Shown: positions 18,095 through 28,130, numbered from the stretch's first letter. The stretch is DNA of 32,000 nucleotides from Candidatus Nanosynbacter sp. BB002 (GCF_037013405.1 NZ_CP146064.1:720001-752000), one strand, 5' to 3'. The notes: generated by a model not told the origin, from the sequence alone. Made by a program: numbers and translations.

Positions 18095-18697
18095 TCAAAA
18101 TGACATCGCCTCCAATTCCCGCGGTAAAATCTCCTGCACCTCCACCGAACCTACCACTAAATGATAGCCGTATAAGTCCGACGGCAAATCACGCTCGACC
18201 GAACGCCAATTAACTGGGCGATTTTCATCAAAATAATCCAGTAGTTCTGCGTTCAAAAAATGGTCGCGCGGCAAGTCAACTGAACCATCCTGATTGATGA
18301 CCAGCGCTATCGACAAACCCGATGTCACGCCATCTTCATTTTTAGCATACGCCGCCGTCACCAGATGGACCACTGGCTCAAATTCCAACACTGATTGATC
18401 GCTCGCCTCCACCTGCGCCTGACCGCGACGCGCTAGCTGCTTATTAATTTCTGTTGTTAATTCCTCAACACTCGGCTTACCGTCAACCGCTCGGCAATAG
18501 TCGCAACCATCTGCCGCTTCGACATATTCCAGCAGTAAATCCATATCGACGTCAGTGTCTTTAACACCATGCTGCGACAATTGCTCCACCATTTCATGCA
18601 GCGCGCCTAGCAAACTATAATCATTAGCATTTCTAGCAGCATCACCGATGCGGATAATGGCGCGAGCGATGGTGATAGGATTTTTAGACTTACTCAT
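18095..18697 (-). CDS. Hypothetical acidic protein (200 aa), no recognisable domain
   Basis: Long ORF with normal composition, D/E-rich, with one CxxC (GCDYCR). It has its own TACAAT-N6-ATG element (18709..18695) immediately after the hsdR stop. Confidence 0.6.
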   Translation of the reverse strand: MSKSKNPITIARAIIRIGDAARNANDYSLLGALHEMVEQLSQHGVKDTDVDMDLLLEYVEAADGCDYCRAVDGKPSVEELTTEINKQLARRGQAQVEASDQSVLEFEPVVHLVTAAYAKNEDGVTSGLSIALVINQDGSVDLPRDHFLNAELLDYFDENRPVNWRSVERDLPSDLYGYHLVVGSVEVQEILPRELEAMSF

Positions 18698-18733
18698 ACA
18701 CCTATTGTACCCTGATCTATCATAATTAATGTA

Positions 18734-21700
18734 TCAATCCAACAAACTCGCTCCGCCACCAGCGTCATACGTCGCGCGTTTATAGCTCCACTCGTTACCA
18801 TAACGCTTGGCTTGCTCCAATACCATATCGGTTGCCAATGACTGCTGGTCTGGCGGATATCCATACTTTGCCAACGTCTTTTTGACGTTAACTTTCAGTT
18901 TTGCCTGAACATTCCTGCGCTCTGCCCAGTCAATCGTGGCATCACGACGCACCTGCTCTAACAATACTTTCGCGATATCACGTAGCTGCGCGTCACCCAG
19001 TACTTCGCGGGCACTGCCATTTTCAACCAGCGCATCGTAAAAGATAATCTCATCCTCACTGAGGCCATCAACTGCGCCATTCTCAACAGTTTGGCGCACT
19101 TGCTGTCCGATGTTGATTAATTCCTCAATCACCTGCGCCGCCTCAATCGTCCCATTTCTATACCGCGTCAAGGCTTGGTTGAGCAAGTCAGAGAACTTCG
19201 TATCCTTGGCATAATTTCTCGAAAATCGTAGCTTGATTTCATCAGCGAGCAGCTTTTGCAGAGCTTCCACCGCCAAATTCTTGCGCTCCATGTTACGAAT
19301 TTCCGCCAAAAACTCATCACTCAAAATCGACAGTTCCGGCTTTTCTAATCCCGCCGCCTCAAACACATCAACCACACCCACTGGCGCAATTGCTTTATCA
19401 ACAATTTGTTTCAGCGCGCTTCGGTACTCAGCATCAGTCACAACTGTCGAGCTCGACACTTTCTCTAGCCGAGCTTTCACCGCCTGAAACAGCGCCACTT
19501 CCTCACGAATCTTCAACGCCTCGGGCCTCGGCATAGCCAGCGCAAAGGCTTTACTCAGTTCCAAAACATGCTGTTTCAATCGCTTCTCACCATCTTCCAA
19601 CCCTAAAATATATTCCTCGGCATCCAAAATAATTTGCAGTTGCCGGTCGGTTGGCGCCGTAAAATATCGCTGATAATCAAAGTTACCAAATAAATCGCGC
19701 ACCACCTCGTAACGCATCTGCATCTGCGCCACCGCCTCAGCAATATCAAGCTGCGGTGCGCCCCGCCCGCCGCTTTGCGTATAGTCAGAAATAGCATCGC
19801 GCAGCGCCCCTGCCACACCCAGATAGTCAACCACCAAACCACCGGTTTTTCCAGGGAACACTCGGTTGACTCGTGCAATTGCCTGCATTAAATTATGATC
19901 CTTCAATGGTTTATCCAGATACATAGTGTGCATATTTGGTACATCAAACCCCGTCAGCCACATATCGCACACAATCACGAGCTCAAGCGGATCGTTCGGA
20001 TCTTTGATGCGCTTTTCGATCGCTTTCACCCGCTGTTTATTACGAATATGCGGCTGCAAATAGTTAGGGTCGCTAGCGCTACCGGTGATAATCACCTTGA
20101 TCGCACCACGTGCGTCATCATCACTATGCCAATCCGGCCGATACGCCACGATTCTCTCATACAAATCAGCCGCAATACCGCGACTCATCGTCACGATCAT
20201 ACCCTTACCGCTCAGCACACTTTGCCGAGCCTCAAAATGCTCAATGATATCTAGCGCGATAGTATTCAGCCGCTCGCTATTACCGACGATGGCTTCTTTT
20301 TGTGCATACTCGGCCTTCAACGCATCCTGACGACTCAGTTCTTCGCCCTCCAGCAAATCATCAACTTCCTTATCCAGCCACTGCCGCGTTGCCTCGTCCA
20401 TATTCAAATCAACCAGCCGACTCTCATAATAAATCGGCACTGTTGCACCATCTTTCACCGCCTGCTCGACATCATAAATATCGATATAGTCGCCAAACAC
20501 TGCTGGCGTTGACTTATCATCCGTTTCAATCGGCGTACCCGTAAAGCCAATGTAGCTCGCACCCGGCAAGGCATCACGCATATATTTGGCATAACCATAT
20601 ACTAGCTGGGCGTCGCTAGCTCGAACATGTGCCTTCAAACCGTACTGGCTACGATGCGCCTCATCTGCCATCACGATGACATTGCGTCGATCGGTCAAAA
20701 TTGGCAATTTATCCTCGTCATCCTCAGGCGAGAACTTCTGGATTGTTGTAAAGATAATCCCACCTGCTTCGCGCTGCAGTAGCTTCCTGAGTTCACTGCG
20801 CGAATCAGCTTGTTTCGGATCTTCTCCCAGCAGCTCGCGACAGGCGCTAAACGTACCGAATAATTGACCATCAAGATCATTACGATCCGTCACCACCACG
20901 ATGGTTGGGTTATGCAAATCGCGCGATTTCATCAGCTTACCAGTATAAAACACCATACTCAAGCTCTTACCCGACCCTTGCGTATGCCAAACCACGCCAG
21001 CCCGTTGGTCACCGCGTTCACTACTAGCCGCCAGCGTCCGATCAAGCGCTTTATTCACCACCCAATATTGATGATAAGCGGCAACTTTTTTGATTAGTTT
21101 ATCGCCGTCGCTCCGCTCAAATACGATAAAATTCTGCACCATATCCAGCAAACGTTCAGGCGTACACGCACCGCGCAGCAGCACTTCCAACATCGGCACA
21201 TTGCCAACTTCTTTCTCGCCGTCAATCGTTTTCCACGGCATCATTCGTTCCAGCGGGCTGGTTATCGTCCCTATTTCCGCCTCTAGTCCATCACTGGTTA
21301 TACACAGTTCATTGAACCGAAACAAGTCGCTAATCTCTCGCTTGTACGTCTGGATTTGCTGATACGCCGCTACCAAATCCGCCTTCGTATCAGCCGCATT
21401 TTTTAGTTCAATCACCACCAAGGGTAGTCCATTCACAAATAGTACAATATCTGGCCGGCGATTATAATCGCCCTGCAAAACCGTCAGCTGATTGACCGCC
21501 ACAAAATCATTGTTTTTGAGCGAGGTAAAATCAACCACCCGTACAATATCGTGTTTCACTTCACCACTTGATGTACGGTACTGCACCGGCACGCCCGCCA
21601 CTAACAACTGATGGAAATCATGATTATTCTCAATCAAGCTTGGTTTACTAATCTGCGTCAAACGCCGCATCGCTTCATTCAAGGCTGGTCCTGGAATATG

Positions 21701-21868
21701 CGGATTGAGACGCACCAGTGTACTCTGTAGCCGCCCAGGTAACACCACCTGCCTGAGCTCACGCTCAGCCGCAGCACCATCTGGACCAATATCTGGTCCG
21801 TGTAGAATTTGCCAGCCGATACTAGCCAGGACGTCAAGCGCGTATTGTTCGATGTGGGATTCGGTCAT
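18734..21868 (-). CDS. hsdR: Type I restriction enzyme R subunit (HsdR)
   Basis: N-terminal PD-(D/E)xK nuclease motif (RPDIVLFVNGLPLVVIELKNA). SF2 helicase motif I is HTQGSGKS and motif II is MADEAHRSQ, with later motifs LTGFD and QAIARVNR. I prefer the ATG at 21868 (MTESHIEQY) over the track's GTG at 21886. Confidence 0.95.
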   Translation of the reverse strand: MTESHIEQYALDVLASIGWQILHGPDIGPDGAAAERELRQVVLPGRLQSTLVRLNPHIPGPALNEAMRRLTQISKPSLIENNHDFHQLLVAGVPVQYRTSSGEVKHDIVRVVDFTSLKNNDFVAVNQLTVLQGDYNRRPDIVLFVNGLPLVVIELKNAADTKADLVAAYQQIQTYKREISDLFRFNELCITSDGLEAEIGTITSPLERMMPWKTIDGEKEVGNVPMLEVLLRGACTPERLLDMVQNFIVFERSDGDKLIKKVAAYHQYWVVNKALDRTLAASSERGDQRAGVVWHTQGSGKSLSMVFYTGKLMKSRDLHNPTIVVVTDRNDLDGQLFGTFSACRELLGEDPKQADSRSELRKLLQREAGGIIFTTIQKFSPEDDEDKLPILTDRRNVIVMADEAHRSQYGLKAHVRASDAQLVYGYAKYMRDALPGASYIGFTGTPIETDDKSTPAVFGDYIDIYDVEQAVKDGATVPIYYESRLVDLNMDEATRQWLDKEVDDLLEGEELSRQDALKAEYAQKEAIVGNSERLNTIALDIIEHFEARQSVLSGKGMIVTMSRGIAADLYERIVAYRPDWHSDDDARGAIKVIITGSASDPNYLQPHIRNKQRVKAIEKRIKDPNDPLELVIVCDMWLTGFDVPNMHTMYLDKPLKDHNLMQAIARVNRVFPGKTGGLVVDYLGVAGALRDAISDYTQSGGRGAPQLDIAEAVAQMQMRYEVVRDLFGNFDYQRYFTAPTDRQLQIILDAEEYILGLEDGEKRLKQHVLELSKAFALAMPRPEALKIREEVALFQAVKARLEKVSSSTVVTDAEYRSALKQIVDKAIAPVGVVDVFEAAGLEKPELSILSDEFLAEIRNMERKNLAVEALQKLLADEIKLRFSRNYAKDTKFSDLLNQALTRYRNGTIEAAQVIEELINIGQQVRQTVENGAVDGLSEDEIIFYDALVENGSAREVLGDAQLRDIAKVLLEQVRRDATIDWAERRNVQAKLKVNVKKTLAKYGYPPDQQSLATDMVLEQAKRYGNEWSYKRATYDAGGGASLLD

Positions 21869-21883
21869 ATTATAGTAATTATA
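21869..21883 (-). promoter_or_regulatory. Possible internal promoter in the RT-hsdR gap (two TATAAT boxes)
   Basis: The minus strand reads GTGTATAATTACTATAAT-ATG. The first TATAAT is 9 nt from the ATG and the second abuts it. No SD. hsdR could equally be expressed by read-through from upstream. Confidence 0.25.
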
Positions 21884-21894
21884 CACCAGATGCC

Positions 21895-23448
21895 CTAGCT
21901 TGGTATGTCTCTAAAAAGGTCAACCTCCTGACGATCAATAGATATTTTATTCGTCTCCCTGATGCCTTGTAGCATATCGACGTCAACTATACTTGTGTCT
22001 CTAACTGTTTTCATTATATCGTCCTTTAGCCAATCAATACACCAGATAATAGAATTATCAATATATGCTCTTTCACTGACTAACCGGGTTAATAATTCAT
22101 TAAATTGCAAGTTCGGATCAATAGAGTAAGATACTCGCTGCAACCAAATATCTAATAAGCCAGTGTTAGGTATAATCTTGAACTTATCAAGAATTTTTTG
22201 AACAAGGAGTCCCCTCCTTGACTCACTCGCCCCACGGATAGTTAGACTCGCAACCGCCATCGCCATATTGTAATACTTAGGGTTTTTAATTGCCATATTA
22301 ACTACAATACTCAGCATAACTTCTGGTTTTTCATAATCACGTAAGCTTTTCCCTTTATCTAAGTAATCAAGAAGCTCCTCGTGAAACATATTTAGCTGGC
22401 GAGACACCATACCTGAATTAGGATATTTATAACTAGCTGCATAAATCTGCATTAACCATTTTGCAAAATTATCTTTTTCTTTCTTTATATTCGGTATGAA
22501 TAATTCTTCGATCTTATCCTTTTTAATAGAACTCAAGACTATATCGCTGCTCTTTTTGGTTTTCTGTGCATTTAATCTGAGACCAAGTATTGCTAAAATT
22601 TCAGTTAACTCTTTCAGTATACGAGCTCCTAGATCTAGCCTATTGGTAAAAATTCGATAGTCATCCCTGTAGCGAACAATGGAATATTCTCTTTTATCAA
22701 TATCTTTTACAGCTTGAGCTAAAAGACTATCAGCGTATGCAAAGATAAGCTCAGCAATAAAATCAGAAAGAGTATTTCCCTGGGGTATCCCGTTTGTCTG
22801 TCGATGATTCATCATCTGAAAATACTCATCAATTTTACCTCCCAGAGATTTTTTATCACGATTAGCATAAGCCTCTTCTTTGCCATGAAGAGCCCATGAA
22901 ATAGAATGCGTATATATTGATCCATAACAGTTTGCAACATCAGTTTCTAATACATATTGAAAATCAAGACCTTTAGTCGCACAGTTTTGTTCAAATTTCT
23001 CCCACCAAGCACGTATTTGCTCCGCTTTCGCGCTTTTCTTTTTTGAAGGTTGCATTGGAATACTAGCAACTTCAACATTACAGTCCCTCCTTAACTCAGA
23101 AAATCGCTTTTTTATAACACTCCAATTATCCTCTTTGGTAATATAATGCACTAACCCTACATAAAGAACTGGATTTATTATCTCAAATGGCCTCCAAGCT
23201 AATTCACCATCTTTGTTGCCGTAAATCACTTTATTTACATCATGTCTATCTCTTGGGTCTTTCTTCTTACGACTACCCTCTTCTGGATCAAAAAAGTAAT
23301 TAACATCATAACCACCCATCTTACTTGACACGGCTTGAAGTATTGGGTCAAAGTTAAAATATTCAGGCAAATCAAAGTTTACATAACTTTTACCGTCCAG
23401 CAAAAAAGCACGAGCTTGCTTATGATCAAATTCTAATATATTAGCCAT
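21895..23448 (-). CDS. Reverse transcriptase (RNA-directed DNA polymerase), Abi/UG-like defence-associated type with a C-terminal alpha-helical domain
   Basis: RT motifs by my residue count: motif 1/2 WRPFEIINPVLYV (~85-97); motif A LETDVANCYGSIYTH (D170); motif B NGIPQGNTLSDFIAELIF (~219-236); motif C VRYRDDYRIF (Y260-D263, DNA 22671..22660); motif D/E LGLRLNAQKTK. The ~215-aa C-terminal extension has no recognisable thumb/X/En/integrase motifs. TAATG overlap with hsdS. Confidence 0.9.
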   Translation of the reverse strand: MANILEFDHKQARAFLLDGKSYVNFDLPEYFNFDPILQAVSSKMGGYDVNYFFDPEEGSRKKKDPRDRHDVNKVIYGNKDGELAWRPFEIINPVLYVGLVHYITKEDNWSVIKKRFSELRRDCNVEVASIPMQPSKKKSAKAEQIRAWWEKFEQNCATKGLDFQYVLETDVANCYGSIYTHSISWALHGKEEAYANRDKKSLGGKIDEYFQMMNHRQTNGIPQGNTLSDFIAELIFAYADSLLAQAVKDIDKREYSIVRYRDDYRIFTNRLDLGARILKELTEILAILGLRLNAQKTKKSSDIVLSSIKKDKIEELFIPNIKKEKDNFAKWLMQIYAASYKYPNSGMVSRQLNMFHEELLDYLDKGKSLRDYEKPEVMLSIVVNMAIKNPKYYNMAMAVASLTIRGASESRRGLLVQKILDKFKIIPNTGLLDIWLQRVSYSIDPNLQFNELLTRLVSERAYIDNSIIWCIDWLKDDIMKTVRDTSIVDVDMLQGIRETNKISIDRQEVDLFRDIPS

Positions 23449-24584
23449 TATATCTTAATCTCTCCGGAAATTAATTTTGGTAAAAGCAAATCACGAATGT
23501 TAGATAAATAATCTATTTGCTTCTTGTTTTTATGTATCATATCAAACAATGGTCGCACTCTCTGCTCAAAAGCATTAAAATCGCAATCTGGTAAATTAGC
23601 AATCTCCAAAAGCTCTATGTGCTTTGGATAAATATGCGGCTGACCAGAGCCAGTTTGCATATCATATATCTCTTTTTGCTTATTCTTGAGGAATAAATAG
23701 TAGGTATAAACATATTTGGTAATTGTTGAGTCAATGTACGAAGAGTCTGCCGACCAGACTGGTTCACCCCAAACAGATACAAAGCCAGCATTTGCTCCGG
23801 ATGCACTTATCGTAATAACTGGTGCAACTGTGTTTGCTTTATTATGAAATCCAGCTGGTTTCAGGCCACCGCTAATAACCGGCGTGTCACCACAAATCAT
23901 ATCTCTAACTTGCAAACTTCTACCTCTTTTTGGGTGAAACTTTTTTCCTAAAGGTATGGTCTGTATATTACCATTACTCTGCTTAGCTTTATCAACAAAA
24001 TAATGACGAAAGAGAGCTTGACCGAGCTGCTCGAGGGTTTCATTCATGTGGCGATTGAGCTCGATTTTTTCATCAAGACTGCCGAGGATATTGGCAATTT
24101 TCTTTTGTTGGTCGAGTGGTGGCAGATTAAGTTCCATATTAGGCACCGCTTTGACTGATAAGTGCATTACTGTACTGCCATTGCTATGTGCTAGCATATA
24201 CTCTCGAGTAATTGGAGACTTTAGATAATAAAAAAGATACCTAGGATCAATGACTTCTGTATTTGTTACTATTATTTTCGACAGATCCAACGAAAAGCAA
24301 GCACTCCTGCCTATATCTGGCATAATTATAGGACTACCGATAATTTCACGATTCTGAGTAAGATCTGTGTTTGCTATCAGGATGTCGCCAGACTCAACAT
24401 ATTGCGATGGTTTTATTTGTCCTGCGTAATATTTTATGCCATCAGCATTATATCCCCCACCCCTAGCAACAGACTTTAGGTTCACAAAAGCAATTCCATT
24501 TTCTGAATTAGAATAATCGGCACTTCTGTATGAAATACCTTTGATAATCTCTGCAACCTCACCAAGTAGGATCGTTTTTGTCAT
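23448..24584 (-). CDS. hsdS: Type I restriction enzyme specificity subunit (HsdS)
   Basis: Two target-recognition regions separated by the conserved central helix (LPPLDQQKKIANILGSLDEKIELNRHMNETLEQLGQALFRHYF). The conserved C-terminal helix is IDYLSNIRDLLLPKLISGEI. Confidence 0.92.
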   Translation of the reverse strand: MTKTILLGEVAEIIKGISYRSADYSNSENGIAFVNLKSVARGGGYNADGIKYYAGQIKPSQYVESGDILIANTDLTQNREIIGSPIIMPDIGRSACFSLDLSKIIVTNTEVIDPRYLFYYLKSPITREYMLAHSNGSTVMHLSVKAVPNMELNLPPLDQQKKIANILGSLDEKIELNRHMNETLEQLGQALFRHYFVDKAKQSNGNIQTIPLGKKFHPKRGRSLQVRDMICGDTPVISGGLKPAGFHNKANTVAPVITISASGANAGFVSVWGEPVWSADSSYIDSTITKYVYTYYLFLKNKQKEIYDMQTGSGQPHIYPKHIELLEIANLPDCDFNAFEQRVRPLFDMIHKNKKQIDYLSNIRDLLLPKLISGEIKI

Positions 24585-26638
24585 TTTTTTATTGCCCTTT
24601 CGGTAGCCTCATCCGCGTTCGTATAATCAATTGCAAGCCTGTCGCGTTCAGTTTTTAATTCATTTTCGATAAACTTATGTCTACACTCCACGTCTGCAAA
24701 TATATCACTCCATTTTCTAACATAGATTTTACAATTATCCTTTGAGAATATTAGCCCTTTTTCTTTCTCCCCATGCCCTTTATTGGTGTCAATTTCACCC
24801 TCTATGTAGCCTGATTCATTAAATTTATTACCAACAAGCACAAAATCCCAGTAAGTATTATCACCATTAAACCGAGAGTCTGAAAATATTGTTCGTTGAT
24901 ATCTCTTGATCTGAGACACTTCTTTCTCCCCAAGCAAAACAGCGGGTCGTTTCAGCTCTATTACTAGGTTATTTATGCGATCGTTTTCAATACTTTTTCT
25001 ACATAAAAATAAATCCATCTCCTTATTCTTATCTGGAGATTCCATATTCACATCTTGCTTTTTGCCGCCACGTAGTATATATAGATATTCTGACAATGCT
25101 TTTTCAAATTTAGCTTCAGTACTAGAAACAAGATTATATTCCTCTCCAAAAACCCAAAAATTATGATCCAAAACTTTTTGCACATGATCAACCTCACGAG
25201 AATTGAAGCTATCATTAAAGACTATCTCCTTTAGAGCATCAATTGTAGTATAACGGTTTTGAATCATCTTAATAGTTTGAATTATGGAGTTTAGTTTATT
25301 CACCTTTAATAGGTCCGCTAATTGTTTCTGTTCTTGATCATCAAGCCGCACAACAGCGTCGATAATTGTATATATCTGATCGCGCTGATTTGAATCTAGA
25401 AGTGCGTTTAGAAGATGTATAAAAGTCTTTCTCTGCTCTATACTCGAATTACCTTCACCAAATATTTTCGGTTGGATTTTATAAATATCTTTTATGAGAG
25501 TTTTTAGTTCGTTATTGCGAGGAATTTCCCAGCTGTTATTGACTTCAGGAATAATGTTCTCTTTTTCATACTTTTCAACGAGATCATCTGCCATCTTTTG
25601 GAGATGCGGACTACGCATGCGACGTAGGTAATCGTTAATTTCGGAAATAACATATTTAAATTCCTCGTCTCGCTTACTATTAAACTTTTGCTCTTTATTT
25701 TGTAGAGTGCTTTGGTCATAATCAATTTTGTCCTCGTATGAGAACATGTCAAAATAATCACTTCTTATATATACGCTATGATAAAATTTATCGCCTTTAT
25801 TGTTCAGTAGGGTTGTAGATTTATAGTTCTCCTTGCCAGTTGAATCTATTAGATAATATCGCGAGAATTCTTTATTTAGTTTTTTCTTCCACTGAATATA
25901 CTTAACATCAAAGCGAGTTGATGTTGCATCGTGAATAATCTTCTCATCCCTTTCACCAGCTATCATTTCTCTATAGTCAAGAGGACTACCATTAATAGAT
26001 ATAGAGAACATCTTATCTTTGAATAATTCTAAAAACCAACAAAATTCCTGTAACAGGTATTGTTTTACGGTAGTCTCAATATTGCCCGAAGACAGCTCGC
26101 GTATCCCCTCAAATGTAACCTTTGTTGACGTCCCATGCTCATATGGTATTTCAGAAACAGGCGAATGAGCACCCGTATAACTATGCAAATCATCAGACTT
26201 GATTTCTATATCATATTTATAAAGCTTACTGTTTTTTTCATATACCGTTGTCCATCGTGCAATATTTGCAAACGTAAAAAAAGTAAGTCGACCCACTCCA
26301 TTTTTGCCATGCACCAAAGAATGATGCCTGGAGTCTGTCTTATTTAGCGCCTTTTCCGATTCATGAAAAGGCTTAAACTTCACAGACAATAAACCCTGAG
26401 GTATTCCACTTCCATTATCTGCTATAGTAATACTTCTTAACGATCCTAACTCATTTTCTTCATAGCTAATGTCTATACTAGTTGCACCTGCATCAAATCC
26501 ATTCCAAATATATTCGGCGATTGATTCCTGTGGCGAATAAGCACTTAATATAGATTTAACTCCGTCTCCACCAAGCTGAATCTCGTCCGAAACAATTGCT
26601 TCTGCTAGACTATCTTTTAATACTGTACTGTTAGTCAT
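24581..26638 (-). CDS. GHKL (Bergerat-fold) ATPase fused to a C-terminal PD-(D/E)xK nuclease-like domain (685 aa)
   Basis: N-box [16 protein letters not shown] (ExxxNxxDA), G1 box IADNGSGI (DxGxG), G2 box [11 protein letters not shown]. The C-terminal part has ...[15 protein letters not shown]...EMDLFLCRK-x12-NLVIELKRP...SQIKRYQ (D542/E561/K563 by my count; the E561 codon is at 24958..24956). It overlaps hsdM (ATGACTAA) and hsdS (ATGA). Confidence 0.85.
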   Translation of the reverse strand: MTNSTVLKDSLAEAIVSDEIQLGGDGVKSILSAYSPQESIAEYIWNGFDAGATSIDISYEENELGSLRSITIADNGSGIPQGLLSVKFKPFHESEKALNKTDSRHHSLVHGKNGVGRLTFFTFANIARWTTVYEKNSKLYKYDIEIKSDDLHSYTGAHSPVSEIPYEHGTSTKVTFEGIRELSSGNIETTVKQYLLQEFCWFLELFKDKMFSISINGSPLDYREMIAGERDEKIIHDATSTRFDVKYIQWKKKLNKEFSRYYLIDSTGKENYKSTTLLNNKGDKFYHSVYIRSDYFDMFSYEDKIDYDQSTLQNKEQKFNSKRDEEFKYVISEINDYLRRMRSPHLQKMADDLVEKYEKENIIPEVNNSWEIPRNNELKTLIKDIYKIQPKIFGEGNSSIEQRKTFIHLLNALLDSNQRDQIYTIIDAVVRLDDQEQKQLADLLKVNKLNSIIQTIKMIQNRYTTIDALKEIVFNDSFNSREVDHVQKVLDHNFWVFGEEYNLVSSTEAKFEKALSEYLYILRGGKKQDVNMESPDKNKEMDLFLCRKSIENDRINNLVIELKRPAVLLGEKEVSQIKRYQRTIFSDSRFNGDNTYWDFVLVGNKFNESGYIEGEIDTNKGHGEKEKGLIFSKDNCKIYVRKWSDIFADVECRHKFIENELKTERDRLAIDYTNADEATERAIKK

Positions 26639-28124
26639 TTTTATATGATTCTTTTATTCTTTTTAGGTTTATAGAGATAGATTTTTCTAACTCACGGCTC
26701 TTCGCAAACTGCCCTTCAAGCTCAGCCGTTAACCGGGCAAATTTCTCGACGAACGGCTCACCGTCTTCTTCTATTTCCTCAACGCCCACGTAGCGACCAG
26801 GTGTCAATACATAATCATACTGCTTAATTTCTTCTAGATCGGCGACTTTACAAAAACCCGGCTGATCAGTGTAATCCGCACTAGCGGTTTTGTAATCATG
26901 ATATGTCTTCGCCACCCGAGCAATGTCTTCTGCGGTTAGTTCACGGTTACGGCGGGTGACCATTTTACCCAAATTACGCCCATCGATGAACAGCACTTTG
27001 CCGTGGCGGTTCGCCCGGTTGCGCGACACGAACCACAGACAGCATGGTATGGCTACATTGAAAAATAGCTGACTCGGCAGTGTGACAATAGCGTCAACCA
27101 TATCATTAAGAACCAGCTGTTTGCGGATATCACCTTCGCCACCAGTTTGGCTACTCATACTGCCGTTTGCCAGCACGAAACCCGCCGTACCACGTGGGCT
27201 CAAGTGGTGAATCATATGCTGAATCCACGCAAAGTTAGCATTACCCTTTGGCGGTAGACCATATTTCCAGCGCGGGTCAGCCTGCAAGTGTTCTTGACCC
27301 CAGTCGCTAATGTTAAACGGCGGATTGGCCAAAATGTAATCAGCTTTCAGATCAGGGAGCTGGTCATCCATCAGAGTGTCGCCACGTTTGATATTCGCAT
27401 CAATTCCCCGAATTGCCATATTCATTTTAGCGAGTCGCCAAGTGGTTTCGTTTAGCTCCTGACCATACACTGCAATGTCGCTGACACGACCAGCGTGCTC
27501 CTCGACAAACTTCTCACTCCAGACAAACATACCGCCACTACCGCAACATGGGTCGTACACGCGCCCGCTGTATGGCTCAAGCATTCCTACCAGCAATTTC
27601 ACGATGGAGCGCGGCGTGTAGAATTCACCACCGTGTTTACCCTCGCTGTCGGCAAACATACCCATAAAATATTCGTAGACTTGACCAAGTAAATCTTTGG
27701 AGCTGGCAGTGTCGAATTTGATATTTGTAAATAAATCGATAAGTTCACCCAAGCGACGCTTATCTAGAGCTTCACGAGCATAATTTTTCGGCAACACACC
27801 CTTCAGACTAGGGTTGTCTCGTTCAATTGCCTCCATAGCACTATCGACTAGAACGCCAATTTCTGGCTGCTTGGCGCTCGCCACCAGGTGTTCCCAACGA
27901 GCCTCCTTGGGAATCCAAAAAACATTCTCCGCCAAATACCAATCCCGATCTTCAGGATCATAGTTCTCATCAATCGCTGCCTGATGTCGCACCGAAAACG
28001 CATCTGAAACATATTTTAGAAAAATCAGCCCCAATACCACATATTTATAATCCGACGAGCTGATATTACCCCGTAGTTTATCCGCCGCAGCCCACAACTG
28101 CTTTTCAAGCTCCCTTGTATTCAT
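26631..28124 (-). CDS. hsdM: Type I restriction enzyme methyltransferase subunit (HsdM), N6-adenine
   Basis: N-terminal HsdM_N-like region ([32 protein letters not shown]). AdoMet motif I is [12 protein letters not shown] and catalytic motif IV is LANPPFN. Confidence 0.95.
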   Translation of the reverse strand: MNTRELEKQLWAAADKLRGNISSSDYKYVVLGLIFLKYVSDAFSVRHQAAIDENYDPEDRDWYLAENVFWIPKEARWEHLVASAKQPEIGVLVDSAMEAIERDNPSLKGVLPKNYAREALDKRRLGELIDLFTNIKFDTASSKDLLGQVYEYFMGMFADSEGKHGGEFYTPRSIVKLLVGMLEPYSGRVYDPCCGSGGMFVWSEKFVEEHAGRVSDIAVYGQELNETTWRLAKMNMAIRGIDANIKRGDTLMDDQLPDLKADYILANPPFNISDWGQEHLQADPRWKYGLPPKGNANFAWIQHMIHHLSPRGTAGFVLANGSMSSQTGGEGDIRKQLVLNDMVDAIVTLPSQLFFNVAIPCCLWFVSRNRANRHGKVLFIDGRNLGKMVTRRNRELTAEDIARVAKTYHDYKTASADYTDQPGFCKVADLEEIKQYDYVLTPGRYVGVEEIEEDGEPFVEKFARLTAELEGQFAKSRELEKSISINLKRIKESYKND

Positions 28125-28130
28125 AGATAA

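Noticed and set aside
21869-23470. Retron msr/msd or a DRT-type structured ncRNA next to the RT
   Set aside because: The RT overlaps hsdS by 1 nt and is 26 nt from hsdR, so there is no intergenic space. I saw no obvious long inverted repeats flanking the gene. An ncRNA embedded in coding sequence cannot be excluded without computation.
23448-24584. hsdS shuffling/inversion system (multiple hsdS copies with a recombinase)
   Set aside because: The window holds only one hsdS, with no partial hsdS pseudogene copies and no tyrosine/serine recombinase.
24584-24590. A7 homopolymer (minus strand) at the GHKL stop / hsdS start junction as a phase-variation switch
   Set aside because: The tract is short for slipped-strand switching. 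A +/-1 slip would alter only the last residues of the GHKL protein, not the hsdS frame, because the hsdS ATG lies downstream of the tract.
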